DNA of 64,000 nt from an uncultured delta proteobacterium (GTDB lineage Bacteria > Desulfobacterota > RBG-13-43-22). A program made the translations under genes and the position numbers. The stretch is taken from contig CAWDKY010000030.1 of the NCBI GenBank assembly GCA_963802945.1, forward strand, positions 128,001 through 192,000, given 5' to 3'. Below the pieces are notes generated by a model that was not told where the DNA came from, made no database searches, and saw only the letters and a list, made by a program, of their open reading frames with translations. Position 1 is the stretch's first letter. Each line of letters opens with the position of its first letter. This document shows positions 11,476 through 21,919 of the stretch, piece by piece.

Positions 11476-12663
11476 ATGAAGATCGCTTATTTCGACTGTT
11501 TCTCCGGTATCAGTGGGGACATGATCCTGGGTGCCTTTTTGGACCTTGGCCTTCCCCGAAAACTCCTGCGACAAACCTTGAGCCAATTACCTCTGCCTGA
11601 ACTCCAGTTAATCATAAAACGGGAAGAACGTTTTCACCTAACCGGACAGACCCTGGTCGTTAAAGGGAAAAAGGACCATCCTATTGTCAGGACTTATAAG
11701 ACGATCAAACACCTAATTGAAAAAAGCAAAATAGAAAATCCCATCAAAGAAAACAGCCTGGCGATTTTAAAGCGTTTGGCCCAGGCAGAAGGAAAAATCC
11801 ATGGAATAGAAATAGAGGATGTGCATTTTCATGAGATCGGCGCCCTGGATACGGTGGTGGATATTGTCGGGGCGGCGCTGGCCGTTCATTATTTCCTCAT
11901 TGAGGAGATCATTTCCTCTCCCCTTCCTTTGGCTCAAGGGTGGATTCAAGGGGGCCATGGTCTCCTGCCTCTACCAGCTCCGGCAACCCTGGCCCTGCTC
12001 AAAGAGGCGAGGGTGATCCCCTCGAATACGGACAAAGAATTGGTCACCCCAACCGGGGCAGCTATCCTGACCCATTACGCTCGGTCCTACGGACCTCCTC
12101 CGGCCATGGTCTTAAAAGGTTTGGGCTACGGCCTAGGACAAAGGCATCTACCGGATCGTCCCAATGCTTTGCGCGTCTGGCTGGGAGAAAAACCTTCCAA
12201 CCTAAACCATGAGAAACTGATCGTCCTGGAAACCAATATCGACGACATGAATCCCCAATGGTACGATCCTTTGATGGAGCACCTCTTTGAAGCCGGGGCC
12301 TTGGATTGTCTCTTGATCCCCTGCCAGATGAAAAAAAACCGTCCTGCTGTTTTGATCCAGGTCTTATCCAAACCGGAAACCCAAACCCGATTGCAGGGTA
12401 TACTTTTGCAGGATACCACTACCCTGGGAGTCCGGGCCTATGAGGTGGACCGCCTGTCTTTGCCCCGGACCGTTCAAACCATAAAAACCCCCTGGGGACC
12501 TATACGGATCAAAAAATGGACCCGGCCCGGTCAGGCCAATAAACGGAAAGAAGATTTTTCCATTGAATATGACGATCTTAAAAAAATATCCCAAAATCGG
12601 AAGGAATCCATAAAAGAAGTGGATACCAAGGTTCGTAACTGGATTTTGAAGAAAAATTTATAA
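11476..12663 (+). CDS. larC: Nickel pincer cofactor nickel insertase LarC
   Basis: YFDCFSGISGDM, VHFHEIGALD, HGLLPLPAPAT, ELVTPTGA, ETNIDDM, MKKNRP. Confidence 0.92.
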   Translation: MKIAYFDCFSGISGDMILGAFLDLGLPRKLLRQTLSQLPLPELQLIIKREERFHLTGQTLVVKGKKDHPIVRTYKTIKHLIEKSKIENPIKENSLAILKRLAQAEGKIHGIEIEDVHFHEIGALDTVVDIVGAALAVHYFLIEEIISSPLPLAQGWIQGGHGLLPLPAPATLALLKEARVIPSNTDKELVTPTGAAILTHYARSYGPPPAMVLKGLGYGLGQRHLPDRPNALRVWLGEKPSNLNHEKLIVLETNIDDMNPQWYDPLMEHLFEAGALDCLLIPCQMKKNRPAVLIQVLSKPETQTRLQGILLQDTTTLGVRAYEVDRLSLPRTVQTIKTPWGPIRIKKWTRPGQANKRKEDFSIEYDDLKKISQNRKESIKEVDTKVRNWILKKNL

Positions 12664-12751
12664 TCAGCTCTGTAGATTTTAAAGAGCCTCGGGATTCAGG
12701 AAAAAATTTTAACTAAGGAAATTAAGAAATAAAAATAGAGGAGGACGTTCA

Positions 12752-13189
12752 ATGGGAGCTACTCTTGAAGCCAAGATCAAACTGATCAACGATCAGATCA
12801 AGTTTTCGTGCACGGCCAAGGACAATCCTGAAATTGTTGCCGACTATATTCCGCCTCTCGGAAACAATGAAGGGTATATGCCTTTGGAGCTGTTCTTAAT
12901 CAGTCTGGGCGCCTGCACCAGCGGAACCATACTGCCGCTTTTAAGAAGGATGAGAAAGACCGTCAATGGATTTGAAATGAAAATTGAAGGAACCCGTAGA
13001 GACCAACACCCGACCTCTTTCAGTCGAATCATGATGGACATACAGATTCAATCCGATGATATAGAAAATAATGATCTTGAAAAAGCCTTAAAACTGGCGG
13101 AAGAAACGTATTGCCCGGTATGGGCGATGATCAAAAATAATGTGATGGTTGAGACAAAGTATAAAATCATAAAAAATAAGGACCTCTAA
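12752..13189 (+). CDS. OsmC family protein
   Basis: PLELFLISLGAC ... YCPV two-cysteine pattern. Confidence 0.8.
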   Translation: MGATLEAKIKLINDQIKFSCTAKDNPEIVADYIPPLGNNEGYMPLELFLISLGACTSGTILPLLRRMRKTVNGFEMKIEGTRRDQHPTSFSRIMMDIQIQSDDIENNDLEKALKLAEETYCPVWAMIKNNVMVETKYKIIKNKDL

Positions 13190-13219
13190 TCTCAACCACT
13201 ATGAATTTGTAATTTAGAA

Positions 13220-13426
13220 CTAACACCCCCCTTGTCCAACAGGTTCCCCAGGGCCTTTTGTTAGACGATGTTCATCTCGTTCCTGTAGCTTCTTCACTCC
13301 TAGGCGTAAGGCACGTGCGACCACTATGGCAACTAACAGGAATAACGGGGCATAAAAGAGAGCACCAACAAGTGTTTCAAGTTTAACGAATTCTGTTCAC
13401 CCAAAAATCTTGTTGATAATTGTCAT
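13220..13426 (-). pseudogene. N-terminal remnant of a membrane protein, possibly an MscS channel
   Basis: Hand translation MTIINKIFG*TEFVKLETLVGALFYAPLFLLVAIVVARALRLGV...: one TM helix, an internal stop and truncation. Confidence 0.3.
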
Positions 13427-13601
13427 CGCTCTCGTCCAGAAATTTAATCTTGGAATATTATTACCCATCGAGATGAGTCTTTGGACTCTGACGACGGGTC
13501 TCGTTTGGCATCAGGACTTCACCTAGCTTGCTTGGCATTCATCATATCTATTCTCTACTGTAGTGGAATACATGTATCCCGCAGCTACAGAAAAAGAAGG
13601 A

Positions 13602-13935
13602 TTATTTATAATCCTTAGCGAAACGAAAAGTCTCTTCTCTATATTCTTGTTTATAAATCTTGGCATCAATCCGATCTTTAATCAAGGCGGTCAACATCTT
13701 GGCGGACGATTTCAGATTTCCGGTTTTAACCGTTACTTCTATTTTTTTGCCGTCACGAAGAATGGTCACTTTTACATCATGACCGATCGGGGTATTAGCT
13801 ACTTCATTCCGAAGGGCACTGGGGTCGTTAATCTCTATGCCGCGAAAATTAATGATCACATCGTTCTTTTTCAACCCGGCTTTGTCTGCTGGACCTCCTT
13901 TAATCACTTCAGCAATCAGGGCACCCTTACTCTTA
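13602..13935 (-). pseudogene. DegP/DegQ fragment (isolated PDZ domain)
   Basis: KGALIAEVIKGGPADKAGLKKNDVIINFRG...LRNEVANTPIG is an HtrA PDZ1. No room remains upstream for a protease domain. Confidence 0.7.
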
Positions 13936-13999
13936 AATGATAACGAACAAAGTAGAACAAATTTACCTCCTTTAAGAATAAAATAAAAATTGAAGCATC

Positions 14000-15373
14000 T
14001 TATTTATTACCGGGTGTCTCCAGGCCCGCTTCCTTCAGATTTCCCACGACAACCCGTATAGTCGGATCCGGCTGGAGGTATTTCCGGGCTACCCGAAGCA
14101 CATCTTCCCGGCTGACCCTTTTGATGAGAGCCGGATATTTCTCCGCATAATCCAAGCCGAGATCGTAATATTCGATCTGGGTTAGAAAACTGGCCAGTTT
14201 CCCCTGCGTATCAAACCGCAAAGGAAAACTGCCCACCAGGTAGTTTTGAGCCCTCCGAAGGGCTTCCTCCGAGACCGGCTCTTGGCGGATCGTCTCTATT
14301 TGCTTTAGGGCCAGGGAGATCGCTTCCTTGGCCGAGGCATTTTTCGTCTGCAGGACCAACTGAAAAGACCCAGAGTATTTCCTGGCATCGAAAAAGCTGC
14401 TGACCGAATAGGCCAGTCCTCTTTTGATTCGGATTTCATCCATCAGTCGCGACCCGAAGCCGCCGCCACCCAGAATGTAATTCATGACGGTCAGGGCGTA
14501 GAAATCAGGGTTGGCTCGTTCTACCCCGATACCTCCGATGATGATATTGGCCTGGGTGATATCGCGATTAATCCTCACTGTTTCAGGTCCTTTGGCAAAG
14601 GCAGGATTGAAATGCGGTTTGGCCGTCTCGCCTATTGGCCAGTTCGAAAGCAGTGGGGCGAGTCTTGTCTTTACTTCTTCCAAGGTGATGTCTCCCACTA
14701 CGGCAAGAATAGCATTATTTGGATGATAATGGGTCCGATAAAATTGGGTGACATCCTGGCCGCTGAGCGTTGCGACCGACTCTTTCGATCCTTCCTCAGG
14801 GTGGCCGTAAGGGCCGTTCGGGAAAAGGGCCTTATCAAAGGCCTGTTCGGCAACCTCCATAGGTTCCTCTTCGGCAGACTGGATGGCGCCGAGAATTTTT
14901 TTAACTTCCTTTTGTAACTCATCCTCGGGAAAAGTGGAAGCGGTGAGCGCATCCAGGAAAAGGCCAAAGCCCTTCTCCAAGTCTTTTTTTAAGACTTGGA
15001 AGCTGATGGAGGCATTATCCTTGCCTATCAAAACATCCATCCCAGCTCCTATAAAATCAAGTGTTTCGTTGATGTCGACAGCACTTCGCTTTGAAGTTCC
15101 AAGCATTAATCCTTGGGCGGTCAGATTGGCCAAGCCTTCTTTACCCGCAGGGTCCAGTCGCGAGCCCGCTTCGATGGTCGCTTGAATGGTAACAAAGGGG
15201 AGCGAATGTTCTTCGGCCAGAAGCAGTACAAGTTTATTGGGAAGAGTTATTCGCTGAATAGGAGGCATCGCCGCCAAATCGGGGACAAACCAGGGGAGTA
15301 GAAGCAAAAACCCAACAAGAAGGGCAGCGGTTGAACCAAACTTGATCATTCTTAATTTCAAAGTTCTCCTCAT
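14000..15373 (-). CDS. M16B peptidase, non-catalytic subunit
   Basis: AGSRLDP..GLANLT (no HxxEH), LGGGGFGSRLMDEIRIKRGLAY; signal peptide. Confidence 0.85.
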   Translation of the reverse strand: MRRTLKLRMIKFGSTAALLVGFLLLLPWFVPDLAAMPPIQRITLPNKLVLLLAEEHSLPFVTIQATIEAGSRLDPAGKEGLANLTAQGLMLGTSKRSAVDINETLDFIGAGMDVLIGKDNASISFQVLKKDLEKGFGLFLDALTASTFPEDELQKEVKKILGAIQSAEEEPMEVAEQAFDKALFPNGPYGHPEEGSKESVATLSGQDVTQFYRTHYHPNNAILAVVGDITLEEVKTRLAPLLSNWPIGETAKPHFNPAFAKGPETVRINRDITQANIIIGGIGVERANPDFYALTVMNYILGGGGFGSRLMDEIRIKRGLAYSVSSFFDARKYSGSFQLVLQTKNASAKEAISLALKQIETIRQEPVSEEALRRAQNYLVGSFPLRFDTQGKLASFLTQIEYYDLGLDYAEKYPALIKRVSREDVLRVARKYLQPDPTIRVVVGNLKEAGLETPGNK

Positions 15374-16762
15374 CTGATGATACGCTCTCTACCTGAAGGG
15401 GCGATTTTCTCGGGTTGGCCTTCCTTCGGAGGCAGAGGAACGAGAATGCCAACCGTTCGGTTCCGAGGATGAAAATATTTATTGGCAACACGCCGGATAT
15501 CTTCGGCCGTCACTTTTTGGATCGAAGGAAAATAATCATCAATCGTCCGCCAACCGGTAGTGATTTCATACTGGGCCAAGAGCATGGCTTGGGCAAAAAG
15601 GGAATCCTGCTGGTAAACGAAAGCGGCTTCCAGTTGATTTTTAGCTTTCTCCAATTCTTTATCTCCAACAAGTTCTTTTTGAAGATGCTCAATTTCCAGG
15701 TTCAGCGTTTTCTCCAGTTCACTGAAGTCCTGGCCCGGTAAAGGCTGAGCTGAAATGGAAAAAAGATTTGGATCTTTGGAGAGAAAAGTATTGTCGGCAT
15801 CGACACTCAGGGCCAATTGCCTTTCCCGGACAAGGTTCTGGTAGAGCCTGGAGCTCTTGCCTCCGGCCAGGATGGCGGCTGTGACCTCCAGTACATAGCC
15901 ATCAGGATTCGAGATGTTTGGGACATGATATCCCATGACGATAAAAGGAAGTTGCGCCTCCTTGGTTACGTAGATTTTTCGCTCACCGCTCTGAGGAGGG
16001 TCGACGCCTTTTTTCTGATCGGGAATGGGGCCTTTGGGGTTTGGTCCAAAAGCCTTTTCAATACGAGGAAGGATTTCTTCTTTTCGGAAATCCCCCACCA
16101 CCACGAGAAAGGCATTGGCTGGGTTATAATAGGTTCGATAATACGATTTCAGGTCTTCCAAAGTAAAATGCTCTATATCCTCGTACCAGCCGATGGTCGG
16201 CCAGTGGTAGGGGGAAGCCTGAAAAGCCGTGGCCTCTACCTGTTCATCGAGATAAGACTGGGGGCTGTCCTCGGTACGCATCCGCCGTTCTTCCATTACG
16301 ACCATTCGTTCCGTCCGGAAGTCTTCCTCTCTGAGGACAAGGTTACTCATCCGGTCCGACTCCAAATCGATGGGTACCTGAACCTGATCAGCACTGATGT
16401 TTTCATAGTAGGCCGTGAAATCCTTGGAGGTAAAAGCGTTTTCGTTGCCGCCTTTTTCCTCGATGAGCCGAGAAAACGCCTCCCCGCTTACTTTCTGTGT
16501 TCCCTTTGAACATCATGTGTTCCAGCATATGGGACAAGCCGGTCTTTCCCCATTCTTCGTTTCTTGAACCCACACGATACCAGACCTGGAAGGAGACTTC
16601 AGGAGCTTTATGGTTTTCCAGAAGGATTACCTTCAGGCCGTTAGGCAAAACGGTCTCAAAGACTTTGTTGGCCAGTGCGGCTTGAGAAGCCTCAACGAAG
16701 ATGAGAGAGAGGAACAACCAAAGCGGTATTATGGCCCATCCGGATGACTTGTAAGTTGCCAA
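15370..16762 (-). CDS. M16B zinc peptidase, catalytic subunit (one frameshift ~16500)
   Basis: VGSRNE..GLSHMLEHMMFKG. Removing one base gives TQKV..NAFTSKDFTAYY, which joins LESDRM. Confidence 0.85.
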
Positions 16763-17042
16763 TCGTTAGCTCCTGGTGATTTCAGCATAATACTTAATTT
16801 AATAAGACCGAAAGCGCCTAAAGTAAATAGCCGGTCATGATTATTTCTTTTATTCCATTGGAGGGAATAGGGTCCCTTTCATAATTTTATTCGTAGATTA
16901 CCACCTTAGCTGAAAACAAGCCCAACTAAGCGAAACTAACTACGCAACAAATCCCACTTCCTTATGAAACCTTCGTGGACCAAGTTCAGACCCTGGGCAT
17001 CTCGCTGTCATGATGTTCGCCAACCATGAGATTGCAAACTCT

Positions 17043-17932
17043 TTAGTTTTTAGGTTTGCCGCTCAACCCGTAATAGACTTCCACTCGAGCATTTTCCATT
17101 GCTTTATCAACAAACTCAGTGACTGCGGTCTTTCTCATTTCTTGCAGGGCCTGATCTTTCACTTTGTCTTTGATGTTCTCATAAAGTTCGAGGTGGGCGT
17201 CCTTTTTTTCTTCCATTTTAAGAAGGTGATAACCATATTCTGTTTCAACTACTCCGCTGACCTCTCCCGGTTTAAGAGAAAAAACCAATTCTTCAAGAGC
17301 GGAGACCATGGTCCCTTTTGGAAAAAACTAAGATCGCCCCCTTTGTCTTTGGTCCCTAGATCATCGGATACCTCAGAAGCCAATTTAGAGAAATCTTCGC
17401 CCTTTTTTATTTTAGTAAGAACCTCTTCCGCTTTTGCCTTGGCTTTTTTCTTCTCCTCATCTGTGGCTGCGGTTTCGACTTTAATTAAAATATGTCTGAC
17501 CCGGATCATCTCCGGGGTTTTGAAGACTTCGAGATGATCCTGGTAATAGGAACGGAGCTTATCATCATTAATGGTTATTTTATCAACGATTTCTTTTTTC
17601 AAGTACATACCAGCCAGAAAATTATTATCCATCATTTCCTGTTGATTTCTAATGTCAGGATTTTTATCAAAGCCTTTTTTTTTGGCGATGCTGGCGACAA
17701 CCGTACTTCTGACAATCTGCCAGAGGATGTTTTCCTTGATCTGAGGATTTTTATCAATATCTTTCTGATGTTCCGGATCAAAAGAACTGATAACTTTGTT
17801 AAGGTCGGTCATGGTTATGGTCTTGTTTCCAATTTTAGCCAGAACTTCCTTATCTTAGGCCAGGAGGCCGCAGGGAGTCATAACCATTACAATGACAATG
17901 ATGGACAATACTCTAAAAAACCTTAACATCAT
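17043..17932 (-). pseudogene. PpiC-type peptidyl-prolyl isomerase, disrupted
   Basis: Signal peptide from 17932, in-frame TAA at 17855-17857, RVRHILIK...KGGDLSFF, frameshift ~17315, then GVVETEYGYHL. Confidence 0.7.
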
Positions 17933-18020
17933 GGCGCTCTCCTTTACAACACATCCCAGTTAACTTATTATATATCCCATAAAATTATTTATCAGTATTA
18001 GGCGGGGTTACAATACCCGT

Positions 18021-18926
18021 TTACAGGGATTTTAATTTTTTATGGGCCAGTTTGGCCTGCCCGGATTTAGGAAAATCCTTGATGATCTTTTCCAGAAGGA
18101 GTCGGGCACTGCCGGTATCATTCAGATTAATAAAAGACATGGCCTGTTTATACAGGGCTTCAGGGATAAATTTACTTTTAGAATAGGACTTGATCAATTT
18201 CTGATAGGTCAGAATGGCCTCTTCATACTCTTTAATCCCGTATAAGGATTCGGCCAGCCCGAATCGGACTTCTTCAAGATATTTTCCTTTTGGAGCCATC
18301 TTTAAATAGTCTTCATATTTCATTTTGGCTTCCTCATAGGCCTGTTTTTCTAACAAGGCCTCGGCTTCCTCGTAGATCTCTTCCGGCGTTAACTCGGCCT
18401 TCTCTTTCTCTTTGGCCAGCTCTTTAACTTCCTTTTGATCCTCTTCGGAATCTCGGGTTATTTCTTTGGCCTTTTCCGGTTTAGGCCCCGGTTCGGTGGG
18501 CGGTACCGGGGGGGTTGGAGAAGGAGGCATTTTTTCCAGACGTTGCAGTCGGTCTTGGAGGTCTTTCAGATCCTTGGGCAAAGACTCACTTAGCTGCGCC
18601 TGCTCCTTTTTTTGGCTGTGTTCCAAATCTTCGATACGGCCTTGAAGGATCTGAATCTGCACTTTAAGGGATTCAAACTGGATCGTGGAATCGGCTTGAC
18701 TTTGGAGGATCGGCTGAAACTGGGAATCCATTTTTTTTTCGGCTTGTTCGATCCGTTGGGAAAGCTTGGTTGTTTTTTCTTCATTCGAATCTCTAAATTG
18801 ATACAGATTCCGTTCCAAAGAAGAGGTCTCGTCGGCCAAGATAAGGACAGCTTCCTTGGTGGCACAACCCACCAGCATAATGAAAAGAAGGCCAATCCAC
18901 ATTACTAACCGACATAGGATTTTCAC
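18021..18926 (-). CDS. cpoB: CpoB/YbgF-like Tol-Pal TPR lipoprotein
   Basis: Lipobox LVGC, coiled coil, Pro-rich linker and C-terminal TPRs (EALYKQAMSF...ARLLLEKIIKDFPKS). Confidence 0.75.
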   Translation of the reverse strand: MKILCRLVMWIGLLFIMLVGCATKEAVLILADETSSLERNLYQFRDSNEEKTTKLSQRIEQAEKKMDSQFQPILQSQADSTIQFESLKVQIQILQGRIEDLEHSQKKEQAQLSESLPKDLKDLQDRLQRLEKMPPSPTPPVPPTEPGPKPEKAKEITRDSEEDQKEVKELAKEKEKAELTPEEIYEEAEALLEKQAYEEAKMKYEDYLKMAPKGKYLEEVRFGLAESLYGIKEYEEAILTYQKLIKSYSKSKFIPEALYKQAMSFINLNDTGSARLLLEKIIKDFPKSGQAKLAHKKLKSL

Positions 18927-19338
18927 GCTTTAACCTCCCGTTCCAACGGGCAATAGGGTTCAAGGATTCAATCCCGCCATCGGCGGGACTTGAGTTCTTC
19001 GATTCCTTATCATGTTTCTCGGCCTCAGCATCAGATGGGCCTGTGGGTTAAATACGAACCCCCTTTTATTTTAATACCAAATGAGCCCGGTGATTTTTGG
19101 CCCTGCTTTTCTTATGAACATTTCAACCTGAACTCAACAGCTCACCCCATGGTCAGATGAGGCGGCTTGTAAGGTATCTCTATTAATGGTAAAGGAATGA
19201 TGGCATCTTTATTTCCCTTATTCCGGCAACCAGATTTAAAAAATTGGACCTCAGCAGGGATGACAGTAAAGTCTTTTGCATAATGACCTTAGGCAGTTAT
19301 TTATTAAAAGTTAACCCTGCTTTGTTAACGGAAAAATA

Positions 19339-20265
19339 TCAATCTTGGGTCACATCGACCGGAATACCTTGTTTTTCTTCCAGGGTTTTCAGTATTAAGT
19401 TCTGATTCACCCGTTCGGTCAAGCCTAATGACTTAATTTTTTTTAATCCATACCCGGTCAAGTCAGATACTTTCTGATAAACATCCGGATGGACTTCCAG
19501 AAAAATCCTTCCTTGTTTCCAACCCACTTTGACCGGTTCATAAATAAGCTCAACCGGTGTTTTGGCCTCCACCATGACAAACAGCTTTTCAATATCTTCA
19601 GGATAAAGACGAATACAGCCATGGGTCACCAACCGGCCTACGGCCCAGGGAAAGTTGGTCCCATGAATCCCGTATCCCGGGATGGATAGGCCCAGCCAAT
19701 AATCCCCCAAAGGGTTATCCGGACCGGGAGGCATGACTTTCATCTGATATTTTTCCTGTAGAGACTCAGGAATATGCCAGGCAGGGTTTTTTCTTTTTTC
19801 CGTGATATGGAAAATCCCCTCAGGACTGAACCAGCCCTGATCCCCAATTCCAATGGGGTAGGTTCTTACCATCTGTATGGAATTTAAATAATAATATAAA
19901 CGCATCTCGGCGATGTTTATCACAATACCAAACTTCAGGGTTTGCGGCAGGATCCATTGACTGGGAATGATGAGCTTCGTCCCCACCTTCGGCACCCAGG
20001 GATCGATGTTGGAATATAAATTCTCCATCTCATTAAACCCCAAATCATGATCCCGGGCCACATCCAATAAAGTGTCTTTTTCTTTTATGGTATATTCCCC
20101 CAAAAGACCGATAACCGTATCGGCCTTGGAATCCACTGTGAGCTTGGGGTTTGGAAAGTGGTAAGGATAGGCCCCGGCAGCCCATAATTTTATGGAAAAA
20201 ACAAGAGACCCCAATATACATAGGCCAGCCAGAATAAGGAAACTTGGACAATAAATTCTTCTCAT
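19339..20265 (-). CDS. L,D-transpeptidase (ErfK/YbiS/YcfS type, LysM-like + YkuD)
   Basis: DTLLDVAR, INIAEMRLY, YPIGIG, PGPDNPLG, IHGTN..VGRLVTHGCIRL. Confidence 0.9.
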   Translation of the reverse strand: MRRIYCPSFLILAGLCILGSLVFSIKLWAAGAYPYHFPNPKLTVDSKADTVIGLLGEYTIKEKDTLLDVARDHDLGFNEMENLYSNIDPWVPKVGTKLIIPSQWILPQTLKFGIVINIAEMRLYYYLNSIQMVRTYPIGIGDQGWFSPEGIFHITEKRKNPAWHIPESLQEKYQMKVMPPGPDNPLGDYWLGLSIPGYGIHGTNFPWAVGRLVTHGCIRLYPEDIEKLFVMVEAKTPVELIYEPVKVGWKQGRIFLEVHPDVYQKVSDLTGYGLKKIKSLGLTERVNQNLILKTLEEKQGIPVDVTQD

Positions 20266-20492
20266 GCTTATCCTTGATAATTCATAAAAGTCCCAGAAAT
20301 AATCATTTGTTTGGGGCTGCTACGGACTTCTTCTGATGCTCTTTAAATTGAATCACTTTACCATTTATTGAGCTGCCCTTCACAATCCTTCAATTATAGC
20401 CGGCGGTCTTGCCATTTCTGGGCTGTTTTGGCCGCTGCAGTGATCGAAACGGCATATCCCTGTTAATTACCTAACTATCTTAGTGTTAGGAG

Positions 20493-21479
20493 CTATTCAA
20501 CCCTTTCAGACAGATCTTTGGAGTGGAAAGTTAAGAAAATTTCGTAAATGTTTTTAGGAAAGCCTTCGGGCAGTGCCGGCAATGGATCGGATTTTTTTAA
20601 AGTGCGAAGAACTTCCTCGTCAAAGGCCTCAATGCCAGATTTCCGTTCGAAGTGATAATTTTCGATGTGGCCGTTCCGACTGATGAGAATCATGACTACG
20701 GCCGAGATATCTTTCCTTTTTATCAGCCCTTCGGGCAAGACCCAGTTTTTTTTAATCCGACTCAACAAAGAGGCATGATACAACTGCAGATGAATCCCCG
20801 AACCATCAGGCATCCCCGGTACGGAAGAAGTGACGTCCCCCGAACCTCCAGTCCCTGTCCCTTGCCCGGCCGGGTAACCTGACTGTTTTTTCTTTTCGAG
20901 TTGGGCCAGTGCTTTTTCCAGAGTCTGTTCATTTTTGACCTTGTCTTCTAATTGACTCAAGGTCTTTCCTAAGGTTTTTTCCTGTTGCACTTTTCCCCTT
21001 AATTGTTTCATGGCCTGATCTAATGCCTTAGACTGGTCTTCAACCTGATGAGATTTTTTCGGAACCGGTTTGGGCTCTTCCAGAGGGGAAGGTGGAGAAG
21101 GGGTGACGAGTTGCACTTTTTTCCTTAATTGTTCCATGACCTGATCCAACGTCTTAGTCCGGTCTTTAACTTGAGAAGGTTTTTCCGGAATTGGTTTGGG
21201 TATGACGACAGGCTTGGGTTCTATTCGGGGGGGTGGCGAAGAAGGGATGACGAACGGTTGTTCCGATTTTTGGTTATTGCCGATCGGTCCACTGTCGGGC
21301 AAGGAGACCAGATCGACGACATAGGACGGCTCTATTTTTTTGACCGTGCCGGCCCTGGGAAAAATATTCAGAAAGATAGCCAAGATGAAAAGGTGCAGAC
21401 CAAGAGAAATGGAAATCATCTTCATCCATTGTGTTTCCCAGGAAGGTCTATTCCAGGAAGAAAATGTCTTGACGCTCAT
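20493..21479 (-). CDS. tolA: TolA/TonB-family energy transducer
   Basis: TM with SLGLH motif, Pro-rich/helical stalk and TonB-C domain (IKKNWVLP...SGIEAFD...PLPALP). Confidence 0.75.
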   Translation of the reverse strand: MSVKTFSSWNRPSWETQWMKMISISLGLHLFILAIFLNIFPRAGTVKKIEPSYVVDLVSLPDSGPIGNNQKSEQPFVIPSSPPPRIEPKPVVIPKPIPEKPSQVKDRTKTLDQVMEQLRKKVQLVTPSPPSPLEEPKPVPKKSHQVEDQSKALDQAMKQLRGKVQQEKTLGKTLSQLEDKVKNEQTLEKALAQLEKKKQSGYPAGQGTGTGGSGDVTSSVPGMPDGSGIHLQLYHASLLSRIKKNWVLPEGLIKRKDISAVVMILISRNGHIENYHFERKSGIEAFDEEVLRTLKKSDPLPALPEGFPKNIYEIFLTFHSKDLSERVE

Positions 21480-21919
21480 TTCTTTTCTTCAGCTGCGTCT
21501 GTTACCATACTAAAAAAGGGTTGGGGACAAATTTTTTATTAATTTTTTAAAACGCCTTATTCATAGATCCAACTACATGATATTCTTGATTGTGGATCGG
21601 CACCCAGCTCATCGGGCAAAATTGGGAAAGCAATATCTCGATGCCGTCTCCGTCGGCTCTTAAATATACACGAAATCTAGGTTGTTTGTTGCCTCGGAGG
21701 CTGCCGAATAAGTTCCCGTAAAGGCGCCTCCGGTTAAAAACCCCTGTCATCCGTCCCAAAATAAAAACTCCACCTCTCTTTTAAGAAATAAAGACTATCA
21801 ATCTACCATTGGGACTCCTTTAGGAACCTGATATTTCGTTGATTATTAATTGAAATATCGGATCGAGTACTACCTAAAAGAGAAATCGGCATTAATTTCG
21901 TCAATGAATGTTTGGTTCA

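Noticed and set aside
13397-13399. In-frame TGA in the MscS-like fragment as selenocysteine
   Set aside because: No Cys-motif context, no evident SECIS, and the gene is truncated; more likely a nonsense mutation.
21547-21759. 70-aa ORF between tolA and ClC
   Set aside because: No recognisable motif in any frame; it may be a degraded remnant but cannot be supported.
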